A DNA stretch of 63,818 nucleotides, counting the filler, from Barthelona sp. PAP020 (Eukaryota): assembly GCA_040182905.1 (NCBI GenBank). It is 3 parts of 3 records of this genome, joined end to end, with 100 filler letters (N's around TTAATTAATTAA, not from the genome) between each part and the next. Parts side by side here need not be neighbours in the genome. Positions count along the whole stretch, not along the records: positions 21,459 to 42,580 come from JARQWU010000184.1; positions 42,681 to 63,818 come from JARQWU010000185.1; 1 more part is not named here. One strand, given 5' to 3'. Both the position numbers and the translations under genes were made by a program. Under the pieces are notes generated by a model that worked only from the letters and a program-made list of their open reading frames with translations, ran no database searches and was not told where the DNA came from. Shown here in pieces: positions 39,704 through 50,402 of this stretch (the stretch's first letter is position 1; each line of letters starts with the position of its first letter).

Positions 39704-40243
39704 ATGATTTATATAATTCATGGAGAAGTTAACAGTGGAAAAACAACGAAAGCTCTAGAAATCGCTAATAATTCAATTTCAAAAGGTATTATTAGTGATA
39801 AAGTTTTTATTTTAAATGAAAGTAACCAAAATACTTTGTTAGGATATGATTTAATTGATATAGAAAACAGAAATGTTAAATGTCCATTTATTCGACTTAT
39901 TTCTCACATATCTTCGAATCCAAATTGGAATGAAATTATTCAATTGGGCAAAAGATTTTCGTTTTCACAAAATGGGATTTTTTTTCTTGAACAAATCGTT
40001 GAAAAATTTATTCAGTCTTTTGATGATTGTAAAACTTTTATAATTGATGAAATTGGTCGTTTAGAATTTCAAAAAAAAATTGGATTTTCTTCTTGCTTTG
40101 CTAAGTTATTAACTTTTGAAAATTTACATCATTCAGACATGCAATTATATGTTTGTGTTAGAACAGAATATGTACAAGATGTTATAGAGTCCTTCAATTT
40201 AATTGTTGATGAATTTATTGATGTTTATCAACTAAATAAATAA
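39704..40243 (+). CDS. THEP1/NTPase_1-family P-loop nucleoside triphosphatase
   Basis: IYIIHGEVNSGKTT, GYDLIDI, FIIDEIGRLE, VCVR; 179 aa. Confidence 0.78.
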   Translation: MIYIIHGEVNSGKTTKALEIANNSISKGIISDKVFILNESNQNTLLGYDLIDIENRNVKCPFIRLISHISSNPNWNEIIQLGKRFSFSQNGIFFLEQIVEKFIQSFDDCKTFIIDEIGRLEFQKKIGFSSCFAKLLTFENLHHSDMQLYVCVRTEYVQDVIESFNLIVDEFIDVYQLNK

Positions 40244-40470
40244 CAAACCACTTTTTTATTTGATGATTGTTTTTTTATCAATTTGGCTCAAATTATTAAA
40301 AATGAAAAAATATTTTTGCGTATCAAACAACTAAATTGAAAATTCACCAAGCAAATAACAACTAATAATAACTACGTGTCAATAAAAGATAATTATAACA
40401 AATATCCAAGACTATATTTCAAAGAAGAAAAGTCTTGGAAAGAATACAAATATTTTTTTAATTTCAAACA

Positions 40471-41874
40471 ATGCTTTGTTCTCCCTGTGAATGGATCAGA
40501 ACAGTATTTTCTGGAATAATAGCTGTTCCATGCTATCTTTTTATCATGGCATATTGTCTTTTCCCATCAGTCATTCCAATTGACCTCTTATCTCAAGTGT
40601 ATTTCAATAACGTTTTAAGAATTTTGATAATTGTTGGATGTGCATTTCCTTTAATTTTATCTTTGACTCTTTTTATATTAGTAAGCTCCAGTTCTGAAGC
40701 AGGTGAACATAAATGTTCGAATTTCAGTCTTATTACTGATATACTTGTTTTAGGTGCAGCTGGCTTTGTATTTTATGCACAGCCTAGGTATTTCCCTTTT
40801 TGGGCTTTTATTATTCTTTTTCTCATTAAAATGGGGGTAACCTTTTGTGACCCTACATTTAAATTTTTAAATAATATTAAGTCTGAAGAAGGAGCAAATA
40901 AATACATGGTTGATGTTATGCATTTGCCCCCTTATCTTACTTTCCATGTTGAAGCGTATCACTATGAAACCAGACACCGTACTGTTCATTATACTGATAG
41001 CAATGGTAGATCTCATACACGTCATGAAACTTATCAGGAAAAAGTTGTTACTCTTCGTCGTTCTGAAAACTACGAATATAAGTTTTGGAATGATGTTTCG
41101 GAGCCCACCCAATTTGCTGTGCCTCAATTTCAAGAAATATTAAAGATAGAAATTAGCAATAATATCACTGCTGCTGACACTGAAACTATGAATCACTATC
41201 AACGTGAGTGGGATAACTTTCATCAAAGATACCGAAATGCTGATGTGCATGTTGATTTCAATCAATATAAGGGAATTTCGAATCTGCCTACTGACTCGTT
41301 ATTAGCTTTCTTAGATGTCAACAATAAACCAGAAATGTTATCTGTTGTTCCATTTGTGTTACTTTGTATTACTCCTTGGCAAAGTTCATTTGGCTTATGG
41401 TTGGATAGAATATCTTATCATGAACCAAGAGTCTTTTCGAAGCAATTTTCTCAATATCAAAAATTGGAGCCAAAAACGAGAGTTCAAGAAATCGAATGGA
41501 TTAAACAAGGTTCAACTGGTGGTTTTATTAATTCTTTCTGGTACAACGGATTTAGAACCAACGTTAATGAAACTGCGTTTTCTCCTATGTTTTCTGATAG
41601 TTATAATAATGGATATGCTAATTCTAATGCCGTTGTAAGTCCGGTTATTCAACCAAATGTTCAAACTTATCAACAAATGCCTATTGATGTTAATAACAAT
41701 GTTAATGTCAATATGAATATGAACGGTATCTACGATACTAATAACCAGGTCTATGCACCTTCAACAAATGTGAACGAAGCATATCAACAAGAATATCAAC
41801 CTGGTACAAAAGAAGATTTCAATAATTATAATAACAACATGAACTATTCTCAGCCTAGTTCTAATACCTATTAG
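40471..41874 (+). CDS. TMEM151-like membrane protein
   Basis: N-terminal TM segments, then PPYLTFHVEAYHYETRHRTV...ETYQEKVVT...YKFWNDVS; N/Q/Y-rich tail. Confidence 0.7.
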   Translation: MLCSPCEWIRTVFSGIIAVPCYLFIMAYCLFPSVIPIDLLSQVYFNNVLRILIIVGCAFPLILSLTLFILVSSSSEAGEHKCSNFSLITDILVLGAAGFVFYAQPRYFPFWAFIILFLIKMGVTFCDPTFKFLNNIKSEEGANKYMVDVMHLPPYLTFHVEAYHYETRHRTVHYTDSNGRSHTRHETYQEKVVTLRRSENYEYKFWNDVSEPTQFAVPQFQEILKIEISNNITAADTETMNHYQREWDNFHQRYRNADVHVDFNQYKGISNLPTDSLLAFLDVNNKPEMLSVVPFVLLCITPWQSSFGLWLDRISYHEPRVFSKQFSQYQKLEPKTRVQEIEWIKQGSTGGFINSFWYNGFRTNVNETAFSPMFSDSYNNGYANSNAVVSPVIQPNVQTYQQMPIDVNNNVNVNMNMNGIYDTNNQVYAPSTNVNEAYQQEYQPGTKEDFNNYNNNMNYSQPSSNTY

Positions 41875-42348
41875 TAAATAACCCCCATTTTTTATTCGTC
41901 ATTTTTGAAAATTTTTTTCATTTGTTTTATTAAGACTGTTGATTAAGTTGTGAAAGGTCTATTTATTTTACAAAAGAATGGACATTGAAAACTTATTCAA
42001 AAAAAATTTTTTGGGCACTCAGGACGGGTTTGAAATTTAAATTTGTCGCTTAAGTATAAAAAATTGAAAATTTTCTTGTCTACTTGTTGTTGTGTTTGAT
42101 AATAATAAAATTAAAAATTGGTCCAGTTGTGAAACAACTATATTTATTTACAAAGAAAGTAAACTCAGAAAACTCATTCAAGCAAATTTCAATCAAAATC
42201 CTGGGGGGAATTGAGGGACTGAAATGTAATTTGAACGATCAAATAGGAGAATTTCGAAGAAATTCGTCATTCCAATTCTTTTGTATTTTTGCAAAAGCAA
42301 AATTTTAAAGTTTAAACTTTACCTTAGAAAATCTAAAGTTTTTCAACA

Positions 42349-42580
42349 GATCAATCGGGCCTTAAAAGCCTTTAACCAAGTGAACACTATTCTTTTTATT
42401 AGATATTTATGAGGTATGAGTTGTTCAGTGAACAACGAAACGAGTTAGCTTAAGGTTTGGGGAAAACTCACGTGGATTCACATGCCCAAGTAACTTAAAA
42501 AATTGGACCTAAAGGTGGTCAAGAAACAACAAATAAACGAAGTGATATTTGATGACCTCTTTATATCTCCAATAAATTCC
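42349..42580 (+). ncRNA. Candidate structured RNA (U3 snoRNA-like), truncated by gap
   Basis: Long-range stem 42395-42415/42555-42576 closes an ATGA/TTGATGA kink-turn-like motif. GATCAATCGGG is complementary to the conserved SSU rRNA 5' end. Confidence 0.35.
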
Positions 42581-42680
42581 NNNNNNNNNNNNNNNNNNNN
42601 NNNNNNNNNNNNNNNNNNNNNNNNTTAATTAATTAANNNNNNNNNNNNNNNNNNNNNNNNNNNNNNNNNNNNNNNNNNNN
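42581..42680. other. Artificial contig-joining spacer
   Basis: 44 N + TTAATTAATTAA (42625-42636) + 44 N. Confidence 0.97.
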
Positions 42681-45263
42681 AGGATTCTTTGAAGGTTTAC
42701 CATCAACCATACGAGGACGGTCTGAACTAGCCCAATATCTGTCAATATCGATATCTAAAATTTCTTTTTGACGTTCTTGGTCCTCAAATGAACGGGAACG
42801 AGAAGAATCCATGAAATCTTGGTTGGTTCTAGACACAGCAACTTCGGCAACATTCTTGATACGCTTCTGCATATTTTTTGTGTATTCATGATAAGCCATA
42901 CCATTTTCCATGGTAGTAATAGCATCTTCAAGAGTAAGAGGTTCATAATTGGCAAAGAAAACATTTTCTCCACCAGGACCATAACCAGCAAGATCACGTT
43001 CAGCTTCAAAATCAAATCCACGATGAATAGCCTCATCAGGACGTTGGAAGAAACGATACTCAACATTCTTAAGCATTTTAACTGAATGATGATTAGTTTC
43101 AGGGTCACGAAGATCATCAGCAACTTGGTCTTTAATCCAATGAGTAGGAATTGTGGCACTGACAGATATATCGTCTTCTAACTGGATTTTCTTGGCAGGT
43201 TCAAAATCTTGACGTGTTTTAAAAGTACGCCAATTGTTCGTATGAGGAGCAAAACCAACACGAGCATAATTAGCGTGAATAGTACGGTTCTTAAACTTAA
43301 GTTCGTGACCAGGCATGCCATTGATCATATCAACAGAAAACTCCTTACGCCAATCATCTCCCATCTCAGTGTCATATAAATGCTTGAGGAGAATTGCCAA
43401 AGAAGTAACATGATCAGGAATCTTGCTCAACCAACGATTATAAGAATCAGAGAAAAGACCAGGTGAAACTGTAAGAAGTTTGATTACAGAACCAAGAGAA
43501 CGTTGAGGATCTAAAAATTGGCGGGTATCTTCAGCGGGACGACCAGGAAGGAAACGTTTGTTGAAATCATGGTTGACAATGGAATAAACCATGTCGAAAT
43601 CATGTTCAAAATTCTGCACATAGAAAGGCTTTCTAATGATAGCATTTGTAAGAGGTTTGGAAAGTTCGGATTTTCCACCTCCAGAAACTGTACATGGTTT
43701 GTGAGCAACAACACCTTCAGAAGCAGTACCAACCAAATGCCAAGAGGGTTCTGATGAAAGATGGACCTTATATCCAGTTGGTAAAATATAAGTAACACGT
43801 TCCAACAATTTGAGCTCTGTTGGTTTGCCGTCAGGACGAGTCCAAGTAATTTTTTGTTCCAGAACTGAAAAAACAGCTCTTCTGGGCAAATAAATAATGT
43901 CTTTGTGTCTGATATCAGTTGCATAACCTTCAGGATGAACAATACACTGTCCGGCCAAAAGACGACAAACATCATCAAAGTTAAGACCATTATCAGGTAT
44001 TTTTCCCTTATCAACAAAAGTTTGCAAATCAAAATCATAACCTAACCCATAACGAGGGATACAGAGAGCACCACCAGCATGTTCTTCTTCTGAAACACCA
44101 GAAAGGTTACAAGCATAAGAAATCATTGTCTTAATCTCTTTTTTAGCATATCCAAAGTAATTATCTGCAATAATCGTCACAACTACACCTTTTTCATCAC
44201 GTGCGGTAAGTTTAAACGGCTGACCATTATGATACTTTTCATCTTCATGTTCCCAACACATACCAACAGACTTTTGGTATTCTGTGGCTTCAGAAATATG
44301 AGGAAGGCCTAAATCTTTCTTTTTTAAATCTCTACAATGTGGTGCAAGAATAACAAAACCAGTATGGCCAGACCAGCCATTAATATCGCGTGCAGCATCA
44401 TTAGAAGAATTGAAAGGATCACCACCATTACCGAAAATTGATTCAACAAAGTCCAAAGAAGCCATAAGTCCACAAGGACACATAAAACGAATTTCCATTG
44501 AACGTGCATCAAGTTTTCCTTCAACACCGGGAGTTACAGGAACACGGCACAAAATTGCTGCAAAAAGATTATCAACAGAGGGATCGTATGGAAGTTGAAA
44601 GAGATCAGTTGGGGGGTTAAAGGCAGCGTGAAGCATTTTTCCAAAAGCTTCTTTTGGAACCAAAATTTTATCATCTGCCTTAGGAAGACCACCATCAACA
44701 ACATGGAACACATTTTTTGTAGTACGACGATCATTTTGAGGATTATGCAATACTCCTTGTTGGAATAATCTGTAAGAATCAATGTGTTCTGAATTCCACT
44801 CATCAGTAACATTAGAAACAGATAAAATTCTTGACATTCCATAACGATCTAATTCTAAAACATTTGTAGGCATTTTAACATTAGTTTTCATTTTATCTTG
44901 AACATCTTCCAAATATTGATTGACCCAATCTTGAATACGCATTCCAATAGGAGGAAGAGGTTGAATATCCTTAGATCTACTGAACCAATTTTCAAGTAAG
45001 CCACCAATAAAATGAAGATTTTCGGAAGATTGTCTTTGATGTCCATGAGCAGCAAGTTTAATTTCAATATATCTTTTTAAATCACGTTGAGTACGTTCCA
45101 TTTTTGCACCTTTAATTCCATAACCAAGTTTTAATCTTAAATCTTCCCAATTAAAAGGACGTGATTCAATGAAAGCACAATCTGTCATGTTCTTGAAAAC
45201 AGAATGCATATCAGGATTACTTTCAACCATAGGAGGTGAAGCAGACAAGTCAGAGCTGGACAT
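42681..45263 (-). CDS. PPi-dependent phosphoenolpyruvate carboxykinase (PEP carboxytransphosphorylase), 3' truncated
   Basis: QGVLHNPQNDRRTTKNVFHV, DFVESIFGNGGDP, IADNYFGYAKKEIKT, EEEHAGGA, HKPCTVSGGGKSELSK, EYRFFQRPDEAIHRG, PRMVDGKPSKNP; 861 codons visible. Confidence 0.92.
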
Positions 45264-45533
45264 AAAATATAATAATGCGTTCTGTAAAATGTTTGTATCT
45301 CAACAAACTCAGATGAAAATTATCTTTAAATTTTAACTAGTTACATATCAATACCTTTTCAACCTCTAACATCACATAAAATGCAATAAAACGTGAAAAA
45401 ATTTATTATGAAAGTAAATTCAACAAAATTCAAATGAGAATTACCTTCGACAATGATTGAATTATTAATTGCTTTAACATCAAAACATAACAATTGATCA
45501 AAAATATTGATACAAAGAAAAAATTGATACATT

Positions 45534-47408
45534 TTACAGAGATAATGAAACATTTTGATGTTCCCTCAAAGATTTTTCAAAAGTAGTCTTTAACAATTTA
45601 TATCGCATTAAAATACCATCTAAAGTTGAATTTGCGTAACTACCAATAATTTCTACAGCTTTTACTCCTTTGTTTCTGCATTCTGGACAAGGACATTTGC
45701 CATTCTTTCTACTTATGGCTAAAAGATCAGTCCAACAAGTTTTGCAGTAATTATGCCCACAAGGAATAACTGTTATTGGTTCTCTCAACAAGTTCTTACA
45801 ATACAAACAACTTAAATCCATTTCCATATCTGTGTTAACTTGAAATACAGTATTCAAATTTGATAAAACCATTTCCTTTACATTCTTTAAATTGCTGAAC
45901 ACAAGGCTATTCAGATGATCATCTAACAGTTGTTTAGCATTGGACAAAGACTCAGACACTGAAATATTTTCAGTCTCCAAAGCATCTTTCGCCAAATTTA
46001 AATCATCACGCTCGTTCAACAATTCAGCGTTTAATTCATCGTTTTGAGCTAAACGTTTTTCCAATGCTTCAATACTTTCTTTTACTATTTTTCTTTGTTC
46101 CAACAGTTCATTATTCTGTTCATTCAAGTATTTTGCTTCATTTATCACAGTTATTGAATTAATTAACTCCATTTCCAACCCAATGCACTTCGCTTTTGTG
46201 ATATCAATCTCTTTTTGCAAATCTTGACATTGGCCTCTTAATACCAACTCAATCTTATTGTCTTCGAGTTCTGTTAATCGTTTCTTTGCCCTTTCAATCT
46301 TTCTACCCCAAATTTTTTCCTCATTGTTGAAACGCTCGTTCAAATTGGCATTTATTTCGCGGTATTCGACAACTTTCTGGTTTATTTCAAATACATGATC
46401 ATTAAGCTTTGCAATTATTCGTTCACTATCTATCTTCTCATTTTCTAACCGTTTTATCCATTGAACACGAACATTTTCTACCGTATTTGCTAAATCCTTC
46501 TTTTCGGATTGAAATTGACGCGCTTTTTCTTTCCATTCCTTTATATTCTTTATAATTAAACTTGTTTGTTCTTTAAAATTTTTGTTTTTCGCCTCTAATC
46601 CGATTTCTTCATCTTCAAATTCTTTTATTTGTTCTTTTAGTTCATTAGAAATCCCAATTAATCTCGAAATCTCAACTTTTAATACATTACAGGCAGCTTC
46701 TTTTTCCTCAATAAATTTTTTTCTCTCCCGTTCAAAAATCTCTTCGTCTATTTGCTCATTTTCAAAATCATGAATTTTCTTTTCAAATTCTTCAGCTGTT
46801 ATGTTCAATAAACGATTCTTTCGATCAGTTTCAGCTGTTTTCACACTCATATCTTTGACAAATTTCTTTAAATTTTGTAATTTCTCTTCAGCATCCTGTA
46901 ATTTACTTTGTAAGGAATCGTATTCCAATTTTGAAGCTTGAATATCATTCAACTCCTTCACTAAAATGCTAATATGTGATTTGAAATCATTTTCCCCATT
47001 ACATAACTTCACGTTCGTCTCCTTCAATTCAATATTCTTCACGTTCACCATTTTAAAATTCCGAACAAAGGTTTGAATAATTATCTCTCGATGATTCAAT
47101 TCCTCATCCAGTATATCAACTTTCTTTTTCAAATTTGAAATTATTTTTTGATCATCTTTAGATAATTCTTGTAAATTGGAAAATGAACGATTGTGAATCA
47201 AAAGATGAGATTTTTCTTCTTTTTCCAATTCTTTATTTCGATACATTTGATTTGGACTTTCTTCTCTATTTACTGTCATGTCATAATTTTGTAATTGTAT
47301 TAAATCTACTTGTTTCTTTTGTGTTTTATTTCGAAACTCTTCTACCAAACTCCTTAGTTTTGTACTTTGGCTACCTGGTTTTGTTTTGTAACGATAACGT
47401 TCATTCAT
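45534..47408 (-). CDS. Coiled-coil protein with a C-terminal RING-HC finger (putative E3 ligase)
   Basis: CLYC...PCGHNYCKTC...CPEC follows a long heptad-rich region; first ATG at 47408. Confidence 0.8.
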   Translation of the reverse strand: MNERYRYKTKPGSQSTKLRSLVEEFRNKTQKKQVDLIQLQNYDMTVNREESPNQMYRNKELEKEEKSHLLIHNRSFSNLQELSKDDQKIISNLKKKVDILDEELNHREIIIQTFVRNFKMVNVKNIELKETNVKLCNGENDFKSHISILVKELNDIQASKLEYDSLQSKLQDAEEKLQNLKKFVKDMSVKTAETDRKNRLLNITAEEFEKKIHDFENEQIDEEIFERERKKFIEEKEAACNVLKVEISRLIGISNELKEQIKEFEDEEIGLEAKNKNFKEQTSLIIKNIKEWKEKARQFQSEKKDLANTVENVRVQWIKRLENEKIDSERIIAKLNDHVFEINQKVVEYREINANLNERFNNEEKIWGRKIERAKKRLTELEDNKIELVLRGQCQDLQKEIDITKAKCIGLEMELINSITVINEAKYLNEQNNELLEQRKIVKESIEALEKRLAQNDELNAELLNERDDLNLAKDALETENISVSESLSNAKQLLDDHLNSLVFSNLKNVKEMVLSNLNTVFQVNTDMEMDLSCLYCKNLLREPITVIPCGHNYCKTCWTDLLAISRKNGKCPCPECRNKGVKAVEIIGSYANSTLDGILMRYKLLKTTFEKSLREHQNVSLSL

Positions 47409-47685
47409 AACATAGTTTAAATTAATAATCAACAAATAAATTATTGTTTTTTTTACCACTTCAAAAACTTTTTCTAAAACTTTATTAAATATTAATTATG
47501 TTAAGCAAGACACTTATTATAAGTTAATATCGTTTTCTTTGTAAAAATCAAAAGATTTAATCTTTTATTTGCAACAAGAGTATGGCAATTAATAAAAATT
47601 AATTGGGAAATTATAGTCTTTCTACAAAGAAAGAATCAACAATTGAATAAAATAAAAGACTAACTATTAATGTTTATAACCGTGT

Positions 47686-49740
47686 TTAATATTTTTTGCG
47701 TTTTGCAAATTTAGCTAATTGTTTTTCCCTCAATGACATCTTTCTAATTTTTTTGAATCTTCGGGAATGACGCAACATCTGAATGTTCTTTCCTCTGCTC
47801 TTTTCTTTGTTGGTAGAAACTGCAGTTGATCTCAACGATTTCTTTTTAGCCAAACCATACAACTGTTTCTCACCTCTTCCAGCCCTCATATGTGCGATTC
47901 TTTCTTCTTTGCTTTGTTTCTTCTTGAAACCATCAAGAAGAGCATCTGGATTAAGGAACAGTCCTTCATCATCAGATTGAACTTGAATTTCATCATCATT
48001 GTCTTCCATTTCTTCCTCTTCCTCTTCTACTTCTACTTCTTCAACGTCTTCATCATCTTCCATTTCATTTTCATCATCATCTTCTTCTTCTTCCTCATAT
48101 TCTTCTTGATCTTCGATTTCTTCATCTTCTTCCTTTTCGTCCACATCATCAATAATAGGAACAAGAGGATCTCGTTTAACGTCATTGGCTACAAGACCTG
48201 GAGGAATATGACTTCTGGTCGAGTATTCTTCATTTGCTAATTCTTCCTCAAGTTCTTCCTGTTCACGTATTGCTTCATCATCAGTGATGAAATCTTTACC
48301 AATAAACCCACCAGAGAAAAGCTCATCATCATCTTCAATCTTTCGGGCATTTCCTCTGAATTTAGGGGTTAACAAATCAGGATTAACTTCACGATAAAGA
48401 TTAATGATACCCTTAGCAGCGTTTGCAACAGGACGAGATTGTTTAAAACGAACAAACAAACACAAATCTTCCAAAATAGATGCATCAATAGCTGTGGGGC
48501 ACCTTGCACATATTCCTCTGATTGTGTTCAATCCAAGAACGATTTGTTCTGGTTCATTGGACTCAAGAACAAATTTATCACGAACAGCATACACAAGTTC
48601 TTCAGCAATATTCTCAGGAGTACTATCAATAATAGACTGAATAATAAAAGTCAATATCTTTGTAATTTCGGGATTGCTGGGTATAATATATCTTTGGGCA
48701 ATAGAGTAAAACTTTGGAATCGGTATTTGCTCCAAATAGATTATTCGAGAGACCAAATTCAAAATTCTTAATTTGACATGGAATTTAAAACCACCAGAAT
48801 GAAAGTTTTTAAGCAAATTATCACAAAATTTGCCAGGATTAATGATTTGTTGCATAGCAAGGAAGTTTGATCCTCCAACCTTGACACCTCCTTCCAATTG
48901 TCTTTGTAAACGTTTCAATTTACTCTTTTGTCGTTGGACTTCTCTAAGATGTTTAGATTTATTTAACATACCCCCACGATTTTTGTTCATTTTCACAAAC
49001 TCTGCAGCGGTTTTCATATTTTCAACCATACTCTCCTCAGCTTCATCATCATAGTCATGAACAGCATCATCCAAAAAAAAATCAAGAGAAGGAACAACTA
49101 ATTGAGTGTCGTTACGAAGTGCTCCGTACGCAATCATGTTCACAATACGATCTGTTTGCCAAATATGAGTCTGATAGCATTTTATCAAGGTCAATAAAGC
49201 CATACGAGCAACTTTAACATTAGACGATTTGAGAGAAGCAAAAAGCAAGTCTTGGAGGTGGGTCTTAATATGTTTGGAAACTCGAGACTTGTGAAGTCTT
49301 TTGATATCATTATAAATGAAAGAAGATATCAAAGTACGTAATCTTTTGTCCTCATTAGTAAGCATACGCAAGAAAATCTTATGAACCTGAATAGGGGCTA
49401 ATTGATCATGTGTTCGCAATAAAATAACAGTTTTTGTCAAAGCCAATCGTAATTCGTTATCTAAACCATGAAATTCCATCTCTAATATGTTTAAAACATC
49501 ATTAGAAAAGTTACAACCAGTAATTTCAAATTCAACACCTTTTTTTTTCACTTTTGTGTAGTAATGACAGGTTGCACCCATAAAACTTAATAATTCAAAT
49601 AAAGCTTCTTTTCGCACATTGGGATTTTGTCTGACCAAATCAATTAATGATTTAAAATGTTCATATTGTTGAAAAAAATCATCACGGTGTGCTTCTGGAT
49701 TACGTTTGATCGAATTTTGCAAAGTATCAAGGGTTGGCAT
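47686..49740 (-). CDS. SDA1: Pre-60S ribosome biogenesis factor SDA1
   Basis: LDTLQNSIKRNPEAHRDDFFQQYEHF, GLNTIRGICARCP, AAKGIINLYREVNPDLL..KFRG, STNKEKSRGKN. Confidence 0.92.
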   Translation of the reverse strand: MPTLDTLQNSIKRNPEAHRDDFFQQYEHFKSLIDLVRQNPNVRKEALFELLSFMGATCHYYTKVKKKGVEFEITGCNFSNDVLNILEMEFHGLDNELRLALTKTVILLRTHDQLAPIQVHKIFLRMLTNEDKRLRTLISSFIYNDIKRLHKSRVSKHIKTHLQDLLFASLKSSNVKVARMALLTLIKCYQTHIWQTDRIVNMIAYGALRNDTQLVVPSLDFFLDDAVHDYDDEAEESMVENMKTAAEFVKMNKNRGGMLNKSKHLREVQRQKSKLKRLQRQLEGGVKVGGSNFLAMQQIINPGKFCDNLLKNFHSGGFKFHVKLRILNLVSRIIYLEQIPIPKFYSIAQRYIIPSNPEITKILTFIIQSIIDSTPENIAEELVYAVRDKFVLESNEPEQIVLGLNTIRGICARCPTAIDASILEDLCLFVRFKQSRPVANAAKGIINLYREVNPDLLTPKFRGNARKIEDDDELFSGGFIGKDFITDDEAIREQEELEEELANEEYSTRSHIPPGLVANDVKRDPLVPIIDDVDEKEEDEEIEDQEEYEEEEEDDDENEMEDDEDVEEVEVEEEEEEMEDNDDEIQVQSDDEGLFLNPDALLDGFKKKQSKEERIAHMRAGRGEKQLYGLAKKKSLRSTAVSTNKEKSRGKNIQMLRHSRRFKKIRKMSLREKQLAKFAKRKKY

Positions 49741-49777
49741 GATGATAAAAATAATAAAAACTCACTTTTACAAATTT

Positions 49778-50359
49778 ATGAATTATTCTCCAAATCCATT
49801 AATACAAGTAGGTGTAATCCATTCTAGTGATGGTTCATGTTATTTGGAAATGGGAGGATCCCAAGTTTGTGTTTCTGTTTATGGTCCTCATCCAAATACA
49901 TTTTCTTCTAGTCCTATTTTGTCATATAATCTTCAAATTAAAAACTCTCCATTTGAAACGAATGATTGTGAACAATTTTTAACTCCGATCAAAGGCATTT
50001 TAGATGGCTTGATCAAGGAGAACATACTATTGAATTCTGAATTGACTATTTTGTTTGATGTTATCAAAACAGATAAAAATATATTTGCAGCTTTAACTAC
50101 GGCATTATCAATAGCGTTGTATGATTCTAAAATTGAACAAAATGACATATTAACAAGTTGTTATGTTGAAGATAGTGAAGGTAGAGGTTTGAATATATGC
50201 TATTTACAAAATAATGATTCAATATTATTTTGCAAAATGGAAAGTGATTCAAGCAGTTTAATAGAGTTGAAAGAATTAATGTGTCATTCAATATCATATT
50301 GTAAAAAACTTTATCCAATATATTCTGAACAATTAGAGGAGTTAACTGCAAATACATAA
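49778..50359 (+). CDS. RNA exosome RNase PH-fold subunit (Rrp41/Mtr3/Rrp46 class)
   Basis: GVIHSSDGSCYLEMGGSQVCVSVYGP and AALTTALSIALYDSKI; ATG at 49778 avoids overlap with SDA1. Confidence 0.78.
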   Translation: MNYSPNPLIQVGVIHSSDGSCYLEMGGSQVCVSVYGPHPNTFSSSPILSYNLQIKNSPFETNDCEQFLTPIKGILDGLIKENILLNSELTILFDVIKTDKNIFAALTTALSIALYDSKIEQNDILTSCYVEDSEGRGLNICYLQNNDSILFCKMESDSSSLIELKELMCHSISYCKKLYPIYSEQLEELTANT

Positions 50360-50402
50360 ATTATTTGTTCTTTTTTAACATTTGTTGTTTTAATATTTTT
50401 TA

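Noticed and set aside
42412..42475. Hammerhead-ribozyme-like ATGA-stem-GAAAC arrangement
   Set aside because: The core reads GGTATGA instead of CTGANGA, and no proper stem I or NUH cleavage site is evident.
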